Shown: piece by piece, positions 8,136-16,481 of the stretch
How the letters are laid out: each line of letters begins with the position of its first letter
Position numbering within the stretch: the first letter of the stretch is position 1
Assembly (NCBI GenBank): GCA_012401045.1
Contig: GCA_012401045.1_4704.1
From: a phage
DNA length: 64,000 nt
Reading direction: 5' to 3' (one strand)
Translations under genes and position numbers: made by a program
The notes under the pieces: model-generated
Database searches by the model: none
What the model saw: the letters and a program-made list of their open reading frames with translations, nothing else
Told to the model about the DNA's origin: nothing

Positions 8136-8928
8136 CCATCCGGTACTCGGGAACCCCAAACTCATATAGTACGGGTTGCACCGGACCGAAGACGGAGCGA
8201 CGTTGTTTAAATCGCTCCTTAAGGGCAAGGCCTTGTTTAATATAAACGGGTTCATTGGCGAGTTGTTCCGCTTTTCGTTTTGCGTGAGCCAATCGAAGTT
8301 CTTCCAATTGCCCAAGCCATTCAAATTGTTCATCTGTTAGCTCCTGGGGACGTTCAACAATCGCGCCAGACGGGCAGATATTGATCGTAATGTTAATTGA
8401 CGGCATCGCCATCACTCGAGGATTACTATTACGTACGCGGACAACATGTTCGGTTGCTGATTTACGATCGACGCAATACTCTGTTTCTTGGAACTCAAAT
8501 GCTTTTAACGGCGTTGGTTTTGTTTGACGTTTAGGAACGCGGCCAAGATCAACAATATAGGCATAATCGCACACACGTTCTATTCCGTAAATACGGTTAT
8601 CCGACCAGTTCTTACCAAACAGCTTGTTGTGATGATAAGACAAATATTCGGTTACCATACCCTGGACAACATCGAAATCTTCTCGAAATTCAGGTTGGTA
8701 CCAAATCGGGCCGAGAATATCTGCGAACGATTCATGACGATATCGAGGATCATGTCGAGTCCAGGTCATTCTCTGGTTAAGATCGAAATCCACCAACAAC
8801 TCGGTTAATTGCAATTTTTCCTTCGGAGAAAGCTGGCGTTGATGATGCAAACTCAGACAATCGATAAGCGGTAATGAAACCCACGATGCTAATGTGTACA
8901 AATCGATCCTGGCTAATCTCTTGGTCAT
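7951..8928 (-). CDS. Hypothetical protein (325 aa as tracked; the last ~45 aa are an Arg-rich tail of doubtful reality)
   Basis: The sequence is protein-like up to ...ATAFLDNGEIH (~8089). After that comes RQGARSSGPFRPVRVQRPRRHRHTKSRTG, which overlaps the next gene's frame. Confidence 0.6.
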   Translation of the reverse strand: MTKRLARIDLYTLASWVSLPLIDCLSLHHQRQLSPKEKLQLTELLVDFDLNQRMTWTRHDPRYRHESFADILGPIWYQPEFREDFDVVQGMVTEYLSYHHNKLFGKNWSDNRIYGIERVCDYAYIVDLGRVPKRQTKPTPLKAFEFQETEYCVDRKSATEHVVRVRNSNPRVMAMPSINITINICPSGAIVERPQELTDEQFEWLGQLEELRLAHAKRKAEQLANEPVYIKQGLALKERFKQRRSVFGPVQPVLYEFGVPEYRMDAESVATAFLDNGEIHRQGARSSGPFRPVRVQRPRRHRHTKSRTGNDDVSRDMDRSHYRTY

Positions 8929-8986
8929 ACTCTTTTCCTAAGTCCCCATTGTTTATACACACGATATCTGGGAATAGTTAAAATAT

Positions 8987-8994
8987 ACGGCGTA
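8987..8994 (-). promoter_or_regulatory. TACGCCGTATAT motif upstream of gene 7951..8928
   Basis: The minus strand reads TTTTACGCCGTATATTTTAAC. The same 12-mer TACGCCGTATAT recurs at 31554..31565 (octamer core at 31558..31565). Confidence 0.35.
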
Positions 8995-9019
8995 AAACGA
9001 AGCAGGAGAGTTTCTGACG

Positions 9020-9340
9020 TCATTTTCTCCCTCTTCGAATACTACCGATACCTCTTTCGTCTAAGACGTCCCAGGCACGCTTTATTTCATCCTCCGTTGC
9101 TCTGGTATCTGGAGGGACAACCATAACACAGTCGTGGAACGGCCAATGTGTAGGTCTGGGGTTAGCGAACAAATCATCCCATTCAAATGTCCATTCTTTC
9201 TTTGAGCGATTGTAGTAGAGTGTAAGGTACGTGTTGGTATACGCCGGATAACCGCGCATAACTTCAATATCCTTACGATCTTGCCGTTCCTGATTCCAAT
9301 CGTTAAACCGCTTTCTTATTTTCTCCCACCACTTTCCCAT
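9020..9340 (-). CDS. Hypothetical protein (106 aa)
   Basis: SD AGGAG lies before the ATG. No motif recognised. Confidence 0.7.
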   Translation of the reverse strand: MGKWWEKIRKRFNDWNQERQDRKDIEVMRGYPAYTNTYLTLYYNRSKKEWTFEWDDLFANPRPTHWPFHDCVMVVPPDTRATEDEIKRAWDVLDERGIGSIRRGRK

Positions 9341-9352
9341 GCTTTCTCCTAC

Positions 9353-9384
9353 ACGGCATAAAAGCCTGCCCCGAAGGACAGGCT
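9353..9384 (-). terminator. Terminator with UUCG loop, followed by TTTTATGCCGT
   Basis: The minus strand reads AGCCTGTCCTTCGGGGCAGGCT TTTATGCCGT. TATG (9360..9357) is 18 nt before ATG 9340. Confidence 0.75.
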
Positions 9385-9393
9385 CGATAGAAC

Positions 9394-9594
9394 TTAACGA
9401 CCATCCAATTTCAATGAAGGATGGTTGACGATATGTGCGTGTTTTGCTGGGTCATATAGCTGATATGGAAAATAGCCATGCCATTGACGGCCTTGGCATT
9501 TCGTACACAGGAACTGACCAACACCTTGTCGATTCTCGTAAGCGAGTTCGGTACTATCAACATGACCGCAACGTTCGCAGATAAACAGCGACAT
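9394..9594 (-). CDS. Small zinc-ribbon protein (66 aa)
   Basis: Two CxxC pairs: CERCGH ... CTKCQG. Confidence 0.65.
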   Translation of the reverse strand: MSLFICERCGHVDSTELAYENRQGVGQFLCTKCQGRQWHGYFPYQLYDPAKHAHIVNHPSLKLDGR

Positions 9595-9631
9595 AGCGCA
9601 TCCCCATTCACTTGAACCTTTTGGTTCGGCA

Positions 9632-10612
9632 TTAGAAAAGCAAGAAACCGCTATTCTTCGCTTCCGCTACAGTTTCGTCACCAACTTTCGGTGCCTGTTG
9701 ACGCGCGTTACGATGTTCGATGTAACGTTTCGCTTCGTCAGCGATTTGTTTGATAATACCCCCTAAACGATCGGTACTTAAAACAAACGACGTCGCTTCA
9801 CGAATTGGGCTGCTTTCAGGCACAAAACCATCGCAGCTGTAAATAGCGCTAACGCCCATGACTTTTGTCGCGTCTTTCGGATAAAGCGTACAGAAAGCAA
9901 TCGGGCTATCGTTCTCTTTCGTCCAATCGTATCCCATGAACGTATTCAGTTCGGTGATCGTTGGTTCCAAACCGGTAACACGTGGATGGTTTAAGAAGTT
10001 TTCCAGGTCGGCGCTGTCAAGACGACGGTTCTCGCCAGAAAACAGAACACAAAGCTGGCTAATAACAACCTGCACGTCCAGGTTGACATCCTGCTCCGAT
10101 TTCCCATTTTCGCCATTCATGTGATAGCTAACAATCACTGGACGTTTCAACCCTTCTGCAGCCGCCATCAGTCCTTTGAAGGTGCGATCGGCGTTGATCG
10201 TTTGACGCTCATCATCGAACGAGGCAACGATGCAACACACCACACGTTCACCACGTTCCAGCAGGTTAGCAACCAACGCAGGACCTGCAACAGAACCTGA
10301 ACCACCGCTCAGACTAAAGACCACGATATTAAATTTACCTGGCGTATGCTTATTCAGAATACCCGGGATTTGTGAACAGATCAGTTCAGCGTTCTCATCA
10401 CGCTTCTTACCAGAACCGTCTAACTCACGACCGGCTGCATCTTTAAAGATGTAAATATGATCGTCACCCAGTGTGCTATCGCGTAGGTTAGCGCGGCTGG
10501 TATCGACATACGTCATGCTGTGTAATCCTTTCGCGACTTCGCCTTCAAATGCTGAGCCGATTTCGCCACCACAACCACCGACAGCCCAAATATGTACTTG
10601 GTTCTCTTGCAT
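9632..10612 (-). CDS. phuZ: PhuZ-type phage tubulin
   Basis: 326 aa. The N-terminal AVGGCGGEIG is like the tubulin T1 loop. VVFSLSGGSGSVAGP is like the tubulin signature GGGTGSG. Overall layout and the C-terminal tail match PhuZ as I remember it from 201phi2-1. SD AGGAG. Confidence 0.8.
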   Translation of the reverse strand: MQENQVHIWAVGGCGGEIGSAFEGEVAKGLHSMTYVDTSRANLRDSTLGDDHIYIFKDAAGRELDGSGKKRDENAELICSQIPGILNKHTPGKFNIVVFSLSGGSGSVAGPALVANLLERGERVVCCIVASFDDERQTINADRTFKGLMAAAEGLKRPVIVSYHMNGENGKSEQDVNLDVQVVISQLCVLFSGENRRLDSADLENFLNHPRVTGLEPTITELNTFMGYDWTKENDSPIAFCTLYPKDATKVMGVSAIYSCDGFVPESSPIREATSFVLSTDRLGGIIKQIADEAKRYIEHRNARQQAPKVGDETVAEAKNSGFLLF

Positions 10613-10622
10613 GTGAACTCCT

Positions 10623-10634
10623 AACTTAATATGT
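10623..10634 (+). promoter_or_regulatory. AACTTAATATGT promoter-like motif
   Basis: An exact 12-mer is shared with 14622..14633 on the minus strand. In both cases TATG lies 41-44 nt upstream of the start codon. Confidence 0.5.
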
Positions 10635-10676
10635 ATTTAACGTACAATGAATCTTTCTTTGCTAAAGGGGTGACCC

Positions 10677-11519
10677 ATGGGTGCTATTGACTACAGTGTA
10701 GATCGTATCTGTCGTACAATACCGGCAGATATCCTACAGTATTGCTATATCGATCGTTACGACTGGCGTAATCGCTATCCTCGTTCCGTAGAAGACATCA
10801 TTACCGATTGGGTAATCCGTAAACGGGTTATCGGCGACATCGATATCTACGGGGGACTACAAACCGTTATTCCCCTTGATGATGCAGGTGTCACAATCGA
10901 AGAAGTCACCATTAACTGTTATGTTTTCCACATTCCGTTGGAAGCCACACAGGGACGTTATATCACGTCCGCATTATCCATTATTTCAGGGAGCGTGAAC
11001 AACTACGGAATAAACTATAACGGGCAATGGGGCGCTTTCAACCAAACCCAATTTCAACGTCAGCTTTGTGGGTGGAACCCCGCAAGCAACACGTTACAGC
11101 AAGGGATGAACGCGTTCGGTCCCATGAACGTTCTTAGTACAGCCAACGTTGATATCATCGCCCCTAACACCATCATGGTGAACAACGTCACGCCTGTACA
11201 ATTTCCCCTGAGCCTACGCTGTTTCCTTGCCCACGATCCGGAACTTACCAACCTCAGCATGGAGGTTTGGAACGACTTCTACAAACTCTGTTTATACGCC
11301 ACGCAAAGTGACATCTACAACAGAACCGTTATCCGTCTCGATAGAGGTGTTACAGCACAAGGACAAGAAGTCGGTGCATTCAAGGAATACATCGATCGCT
11401 TTGCTGATGCTGAAAACACATATCAGGAATTCCTGAACGAAACGTGGGCAGGCGTTGCTGCCTGGAACGATCCGCAAACTAAACGTCGCGCCATTCGACT
11501 ACAAACCGGTTACTTCTGA
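10677..11519 (+). CDS. Hypothetical protein (280 aa)
   Basis: Clean ORF preceded by AAAGGGG. No motif recognised. Confidence 0.75.
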   Translation: MGAIDYSVDRICRTIPADILQYCYIDRYDWRNRYPRSVEDIITDWVIRKRVIGDIDIYGGLQTVIPLDDAGVTIEEVTINCYVFHIPLEATQGRYITSALSIISGSVNNYGINYNGQWGAFNQTQFQRQLCGWNPASNTLQQGMNAFGPMNVLSTANVDIIAPNTIMVNNVTPVQFPLSLRCFLAHDPELTNLSMEVWNDFYKLCLYATQSDIYNRTVIRLDRGVTAQGQEVGAFKEYIDRFADAENTYQEFLNETWAGVAAWNDPQTKRRAIRLQTGYF

Positions 11520-12046
11520 TTAACGACAGCTTCCTCCCTCGGTGTTTTCGAGGGAGGTATTTGCCGTTTAAACACTTTCAGCACGTTCGCAAATTCAGCG
11601 GCAATAATACAGGCCGAGGTTGATAGCTTATTACTGAAAATGAGATCGTCCGGTAAACAATCGAACTGAATACCGTATTGCGTCTTTGTCTCATCAACGA
11701 TCAATGACGGTGTCGATCTTGTCTTCGCGATGTCGGTGATATACAAACGTAGAAATAATTCACCGTCTTCGCTATCCATAAAACGATAGGCGTTACCAGA
11801 AAACGCAACACATGGCGTAACGATAAATTGAACACGATCGTCGGTCGGATGGATATTTAACCAACGTTCGATATCATTACTACTCACATTTCGCATATTT
11901 ACTACGGTAAAAGCAAATAGCGTATCGTGATGTTTGGAATAATGCAGCACGTACGCCGCACCTTTCTTTTTGTGAATCCCTTCAATGTATTCTATTGTCG
12001 TATAGCCGGATTTATATAGCTTTACTTGCGGTTTATCACTCATCAT
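11510..12046 (-). CDS. Hypothetical protein (178 aa; start at ATGA overlap)
   Basis: MMSDKPQV starts at 12046 and overlaps the TGA of the upstream gene. The track's longer N-terminus lies inside that gene. Confidence 0.65.
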   Translation of the reverse strand: MMSDKPQVKLYKSGYTTIEYIEGIHKKKGAAYVLHYSKHHDTLFAFTVVNMRNVSSNDIERWLNIHPTDDRVQFIVTPCVAFSGNAYRFMDSEDGELFLRLYITDIAKTRSTPSLIVDETKTQYGIQFDCLPDDLIFSNKLSTSACIIAAEFANVLKVFKRQIPPSKTPREEAVVNQK

Positions 12047-12342
12047 AACAACCCTTCCCGTTTCATCGCGGCACGCATACTTGCGTAAAGCGCATTCTTC
12101 ATTGCACCCGGACGCAACGGATAACAAATCTCATATCGACGTCCTTGTTTTACAGCAATTTTCCTTCCATTCAGAAACAACGTGCCATTATCCAGCAACA
12201 ACTCACCTTGTAGTACCATGAGTCCTGCTTTAACATGACGTCCTTCTTCTTTCGTTAAGACCTTATAGCCGTGTTTATCCAATAACCACAATTCGTAGAT
12301 ACCATGCGCAGCCTTCGGCATTACTTTCTTCTTCGTCGTCAT
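12043..12342 (-). CDS. Hypothetical protein (99 aa)
   Basis: ORF with protein-like composition in an operon-like array. Confidence 0.65.
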   Translation of the reverse strand: MTTKKKVMPKAAHGIYELWLLDKHGYKVLTKEEGRHVKAGLMVLQGELLLDNGTLFLNGRKIAVKQGRRYEICYPLRPGAMKNALYASMRAAMKREGLL

Positions 12343-12354
12343 GGAAGATCCTCC

Positions 12355-12729
12355 TTAAACTCCTTGTCGGATCATCACCAACCGGAGCATGTTGTATTCC
12401 AATGTAGCGCTTTCTAATTCGAATTCATATCGATACCAGAAATTCGGCTCTAATTGACCTACAACACATTTACGAACATCTGTCTGCACCTTCCTCGACA
12501 ACACCTGTAACAGTTGTGTTATCTCCGGCTTGAAGTAATGCGCCAAACCTAACTGATCAGAATAAAACAGGCCACAATCAAAGATGGCCTGTAAAATAAC
12601 ATATTCAACCATCAGGTGACGCGCATCGGGGTCAGGGAATGGCGAACGTAAAGCGAGATCTAACACATCGACGATTGGGCCGACATAAATGGCGGCACGG
12701 TACTCACGAATAACACTGATGTTATCCAT
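12355..12729 (-). CDS. Hypothetical protein (124 aa)
   Basis: ORF in the same array. Confidence 0.65.
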   Translation of the reverse strand: MDNISVIREYRAAIYVGPIVDVLDLALRSPFPDPDARHLMVEYVILQAIFDCGLFYSDQLGLAHYFKPEITQLLQVLSRKVQTDVRKCVVGQLEPNFWYRYEFELESATLEYNMLRLVMIRQGV

Positions 12730-12742
12730 GATAACCTATTCG

Positions 12743-13567
12743 TTAACTGTCGCTTTCTGACGTATCGACGTAGTTGAAAATACGATCCCGTAAACACTCG
12801 TAACGAGGCAACGCGCTAAGAATGATCATCTTCAACTGCATCGCGATCGATACACGTTCTTCATCCGATGCATCGTCTCCCCATTTACCCGGCTTAACCT
12901 GAATGGGTTCGTGCGGATCCTGCGGGAATATAAAGCTTAACAACAGATAATCCGTGCGGAACTCCCACACTTCTCGACCGTCGTTATCGGTTTCCTTACG
13001 CAACGTGAAGAGTTGACGTTCGGTGGTTGGATCCAACATCAGCGGTCGGCCACGAACAATCTCCAGTTTACGTGGGCTGACGAACGTCGTACGTTCAGGA
13101 AGGTATTTTTCAACATCATCCGTATCCAACAAGAACAAAATGATGTCGTCGAAATACTTCGGTGCGTACGTGTGTATCGGTTCACCGTCGCTATACGAAG
13201 AGATCTCTTGAAGTATTGGTGTCTTACACGAAAAGTTCTGGCATGAGCCGCGGGTGATCGGTAAGGTGGTCCATTGATGTTCTGTAGACAATTCAACAGG
13301 CACTAACGGATAGTCATCAATGAAAACCACACACGTTGTACTAATGGGTATTCTTCCATCATTACCGGGTTCAAAAACCAAACGTATCTTACCGGTAATC
13401 AACGCCATCTCATCTGGCATTAAATGGCTTGCTGAACGGGCAAGTCTGAAACCGGCCGCCTGTTTATAAGGTTCGGGTTTATAGCCACGGACAATAAGAG
13501 AGACATCCGCAAGTTCAACGCTCACGAACGCATCTTTGGTGTCTTCATTGTTCGTCGTTAACGTCAT
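12743..13567 (-). CDS. Hypothetical protein (274 aa)
   Basis: Long ORF; no motif recognised. Confidence 0.75.
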   Translation of the reverse strand: MTLTTNNEDTKDAFVSVELADVSLIVRGYKPEPYKQAAGFRLARSASHLMPDEMALITGKIRLVFEPGNDGRIPISTTCVVFIDDYPLVPVELSTEHQWTTLPITRGSCQNFSCKTPILQEISSYSDGEPIHTYAPKYFDDIILFLLDTDDVEKYLPERTTFVSPRKLEIVRGRPLMLDPTTERQLFTLRKETDNDGREVWEFRTDYLLLSFIFPQDPHEPIQVKPGKWGDDASDEERVSIAMQLKMIILSALPRYECLRDRIFNYVDTSESDS

Positions 13568-14582
13568 TGTTCATTTTCTCCATTGCAACGAATCGTTCAA
13601 GCTCGCGTAATAAACGCTCTTTTAACGCAGGATCAACTTCCGGAGCATGTTTATCGCGATACCATTCGGTCCCGTTGTATTGCAGGCTAACATGCCATGT
13701 TCCTAACGGGCTTTCCTCTGCAGCGGCGATGAAATTCTTAACGCCGGTTTTGGTAGGATACTCCATGATAGGAATAGCCTGCTTCAGATCCATTACGGTA
13801 AGATCCTGGAAGTTATAATCCAGGAGCGTTAATGCACGTTTGTCGCGTAACAGTAACCCGCAATCCAAGATAGTGAAATCGATACCCCAAAATTGTAGCT
13901 TACCGCCCGTACTGATAGGAATATGACCGCGATAAACCGCGAGATAAATCTCACCTTTATCGGTTTCTTTATTGTATCCTGCGATGAATGCTGCGGTAAT
14001 TAACGGCTGATCGCCTTTCGCAAAGAAAACAGGATGCGTACGATAAAGCCAATCATTACGGATTAAATCGGATACCTGACCTAAACGTGCCGTGGGCACC
14101 ATTGTCGATCCTAAGTCACTATTACTAACTTCGAATTGGTAATATTCAAACAGAACACCGTCGACTTCTTCTTTAGCGTATGGTTCACGATCCGGATTAG
14201 CGAGTATATAACGCAACTTATTATCGATTTCGGCTACGCGTTCCTCATGGGTATCCATAAGGCTAGTGACGACGAAAGCAGCCAGATTACGTACGCTAAG
14301 GAACACGTCGTCTTTCTCCTGGTCGCTTAGTCCTTCTTCATCTGCTAGCGTTGTCCAATGCAGTGGTCCCTCCACCATTTTCAACCATTTGTCTTCACGC
14401 TCTGGGTAAACAAAGGGCTTGTGTACAGGAACGCTGGTATGCTGCACACGCAATAGTAACGAACAAGGGGATTGCATTATCGACTCCCATGGCACTATAC
14501 CACTCGTGACAGCGATGACGTGACGATTAAGAACAAGAGAAGCTGAATAAGTAATGTTATCTAATCCTGGTAATTGATCCAT
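13545..14582 (-). CDS. Hypothetical protein (345 aa)
   Basis: Long ORF; first gene downstream of the 308-nt AT-rich intergenic region. Confidence 0.75.
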   Translation of the reverse strand: MDQLPGLDNITYSASLVLNRHVIAVTSGIVPWESIMQSPCSLLLRVQHTSVPVHKPFVYPEREDKWLKMVEGPLHWTTLADEEGLSDQEKDDVFLSVRNLAAFVVTSLMDTHEERVAEIDNKLRYILANPDREPYAKEEVDGVLFEYYQFEVSNSDLGSTMVPTARLGQVSDLIRNDWLYRTHPVFFAKGDQPLITAAFIAGYNKETDKGEIYLAVYRGHIPISTGGKLQFWGIDFTILDCGLLLRDKRALTLLDYNFQDLTVMDLKQAIPIMEYPTKTGVKNFIAAAEESPLGTWHVSLQYNGTEWYRDKHAPEVDPALKERLLRELERFVAMEKMNNDVNDEQ

Positions 14583-14621
14583 GATAGAAATCCTTAGTAT
14601 GTTTGATATGTTGTTTAATTA

Positions 14622-14633
14622 ACATATTAAGTT
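14622..14633 (-). promoter_or_regulatory. AACTTAATATGT promoter-like motif (minus-strand copy)
   Basis: The reverse complement of ACATATTAAGTT is identical to 10623..10634. TATG lies 41 nt upstream of ATG 14582. Confidence 0.5.
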
Positions 14634-14837
14634 TAAAAGAGGTTATGTTTTACGTATTGTTAATAACGTATTCTTATCTCTATTAAGTTATGTTCTATCT
14701 AAAGATAGTAAACAGATATAATGCTCCCCACCTCCCCATTCTCCCAAGTAATACTGGCCTACCGGCTCTCTCCTTTTTAAGGGAGAGAGTAAGCATTCAG
14801 TATTGCTCAAATGAATAAGCAAAACAGTATAAACTTA

Positions 14838-14861
14838 CCGTCTCGAGTTATCTCGAGACGG
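14838..14861 (-). terminator. Perfect 10-bp stem-loop after gene 14891..15244
   Basis: CCGTCTCGAG ttat CTCGAGACGG. The minus-strand downstream tract is GTAAGTTTATACTGTTTTG. TACGCCGT overlaps the 5' arm on the minus strand (14865..14858). Confidence 0.5.
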
Positions 14862-14890
14862 CGTAGTAGTATCTGTTTATCTCTTTTATG

Positions 14891-15244
14891 CTAACAGCCT
14901 ATTTCTGCATGAACCTTTAACGATTCGAATACATCTTGCTTCTTTATCATCGTCTTGTATAAACGTGATTGAGCAATGATCTTTATCCATTGTTGTGGAT
15001 CGCGTAAATTCACATTTTCAAAACGGGGTGGGGTATTATCTCCGTCGAGTCGGATATACCCTAAGAGCAATCCTTCATGGTCTCCTCGACGGATTTCGAT
15101 ATGCGGTTTGAGGAAGACATGATTGTCTGGTGGATACCAGCTTACGGTGTAGTAATGGTTTCCTGAAACAACGAATTCGTGAACGGCTTTTGTCTCATCG
15201 TCAATGACCGCATTTACGCTGGGAATCATTAATTTTTGAAGCAT
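14891..15244 (-). CDS. Hypothetical protein (117 aa)
   Basis: ORF with GGAGG 10 nt upstream. An alternative start at 15229 gives a TAATG overlap. Confidence 0.65.
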   Translation of the reverse strand: MLQKLMIPSVNAVIDDETKAVHEFVVSGNHYYTVSWYPPDNHVFLKPHIEIRRGDHEGLLLGYIRLDGDNTPPRFENVNLRDPQQWIKIIAQSRLYKTMIKKQDVFESLKVHAEIGC

Positions 15245-15828
15245 GGGACATAAACCTCCATCAACATCGCATAAAGCGCACCAAGCCCATGCAGGACTTG
15301 GTTAGGTGCAAAGGTCGGAGTGTAGCATACTTGTTCGGTTGGTGCTTGTTGACGTAAGTCTAACGGATCTCCGTTGATAAGCATCTGCAGGAGATCAGCA
15401 TCATCTTGCAATGTGTCTTCATCGATATACGCATCAACACAAAGCAGTCGGTGTAACTGTTCTGGTTTAATTGAAATACCTACAACCATGCAGTTGTTGT
15501 AGGTGGCGTTGTCCAGAAAGAAGTGAATGACGCCCGCTTGAGGATCGCCACCGTAGTGGAGCCAACGCGTAAAACCAGCCGACATCATCCATAGCGGGTT
15601 GTGTTGTAACGCACTGACGACGCGGGTCTCGAAATCCAAACCAAACTTCTGGAAGATTGCGCCCATCTGGAAACGATCTTCATCGAGACGGTAACGGAAT
15701 ATACAGGCATCCGATCCCGTTGAGTTATCATACACCGAAAGATACCCACGATGGATTTCCACGGTAACATTGTTGTCGTCAAGCGTGGCGCTCGCAACGC
15801 CGTTAGAAAAGGTTGGAACAAAGCTCAT
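15229..15828 (-). CDS. Hypothetical protein (199 aa)
   Basis: ATGA overlap with the upstream gene at 15825..15828. Confidence 0.7.
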   Translation of the reverse strand: MSFVPTFSNGVASATLDDNNVTVEIHRGYLSVYDNSTGSDACIFRYRLDEDRFQMGAIFQKFGLDFETRVVSALQHNPLWMMSAGFTRWLHYGGDPQAGVIHFFLDNATYNNCMVVGISIKPEQLHRLLCVDAYIDEDTLQDDADLLQMLINGDPLDLRQQAPTEQVCYTPTFAPNQVLHGLGALYAMLMEVYVPCFKN

Positions 15829-16376
15829 CTTGTAATCCTTAATTTACCTGAATGAATTATCGTTGATGGGTCCACGACGCGACCGTATTTCGCGTTACGT
15901 AATACACGATGCCCAAAGAAGTCAGCGGTTTCCAAAACAACCGTGTAACAACCCAGCTGATGTTGATGTCCCCAAAACCGTTCAATGGGAATCCAGCAGG
16001 GCGACATGCCTTTGTGTCGCCAATCCGTAACACAGCCGAATTCAGCAAACTGTTCAGTAAACCACTCGTCAATGTCGGTATCCGTAAAGAGAAACACGTG
16101 GTTTTTAACCAGATAAGCGAACCCAGGATAAAAAAGCTGAGGGTCATCTGGGTCACGGAGATAAACACGAAGTTTGTCTAGCGTACCCTCGACAACGATT
16201 GTATCGGGTAATCCTGGCGGCGTGAACCGAAGTTGGAAGTTATCCTCGTTTGCCGAGGCGTTAACCAAATACCCCAGTTGAAGGGGTCGATGCAATTCGA
16301 AAAGGTTAAACGTTAATGCATATTCGATATACTCTAATCCTATATTCATGTCTGACCTATGTGGTATGGACGGCAT
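15825..16376 (-). CDS. Hypothetical protein (183 aa)
   Basis: ORF whose SD (GGAAGG) lies in the 3' arm of hairpin 16379..16413. Confidence 0.7.
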   Translation of the reverse strand: MPSIPHRSDMNIGLEYIEYALTFNLFELHRPLQLGYLVNASANEDNFQLRFTPPGLPDTIVVEGTLDKLRVYLRDPDDPQLFYPGFAYLVKNHVFLFTDTDIDEWFTEQFAEFGCVTDWRHKGMSPCWIPIERFWGHQHQLGCYTVVLETADFFGHRVLRNAKYGRVVDPSTIIHSGKLRITR

Positions 16377-16378
16377 TG

Positions 16379-16413
16379 CATTGCCTTCCGCGAGTGTAAT
16401 CAGGAAGGTAATG
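16379..16413 (-). promoter_or_regulatory. 11-bp hairpin sequestering the SD of gene 15825..16376
   Basis: The minus strand reads CATTACCTTCC-N13-GGAAGGCAATG, then CA, then ATG. The stem has one G.U pair. Confidence 0.4.
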
Positions 16414-16481
16414 TAGGTTTATTTTAATCTCCATTTCGCGATGATATGACAGTCTTTATTACGTTTACCATCTGAGGGAGC

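Noticed and set aside
9411-9632. A 73-aa ORF overlapping the zinc-ribbon gene
   Set aside because: It is out of frame with, and almost fully overlapped by, the CxxC...CxxC ORF. It has no SD.
14722-14747. The G-rich complement (GGGAGAATGGGGAGGTGGGGAG) as a G-quadruplex
   Set aside because: It has only three runs of three or more G, so it is not a canonical four-tract G4. It is kept only as part of the structured intergenic block.
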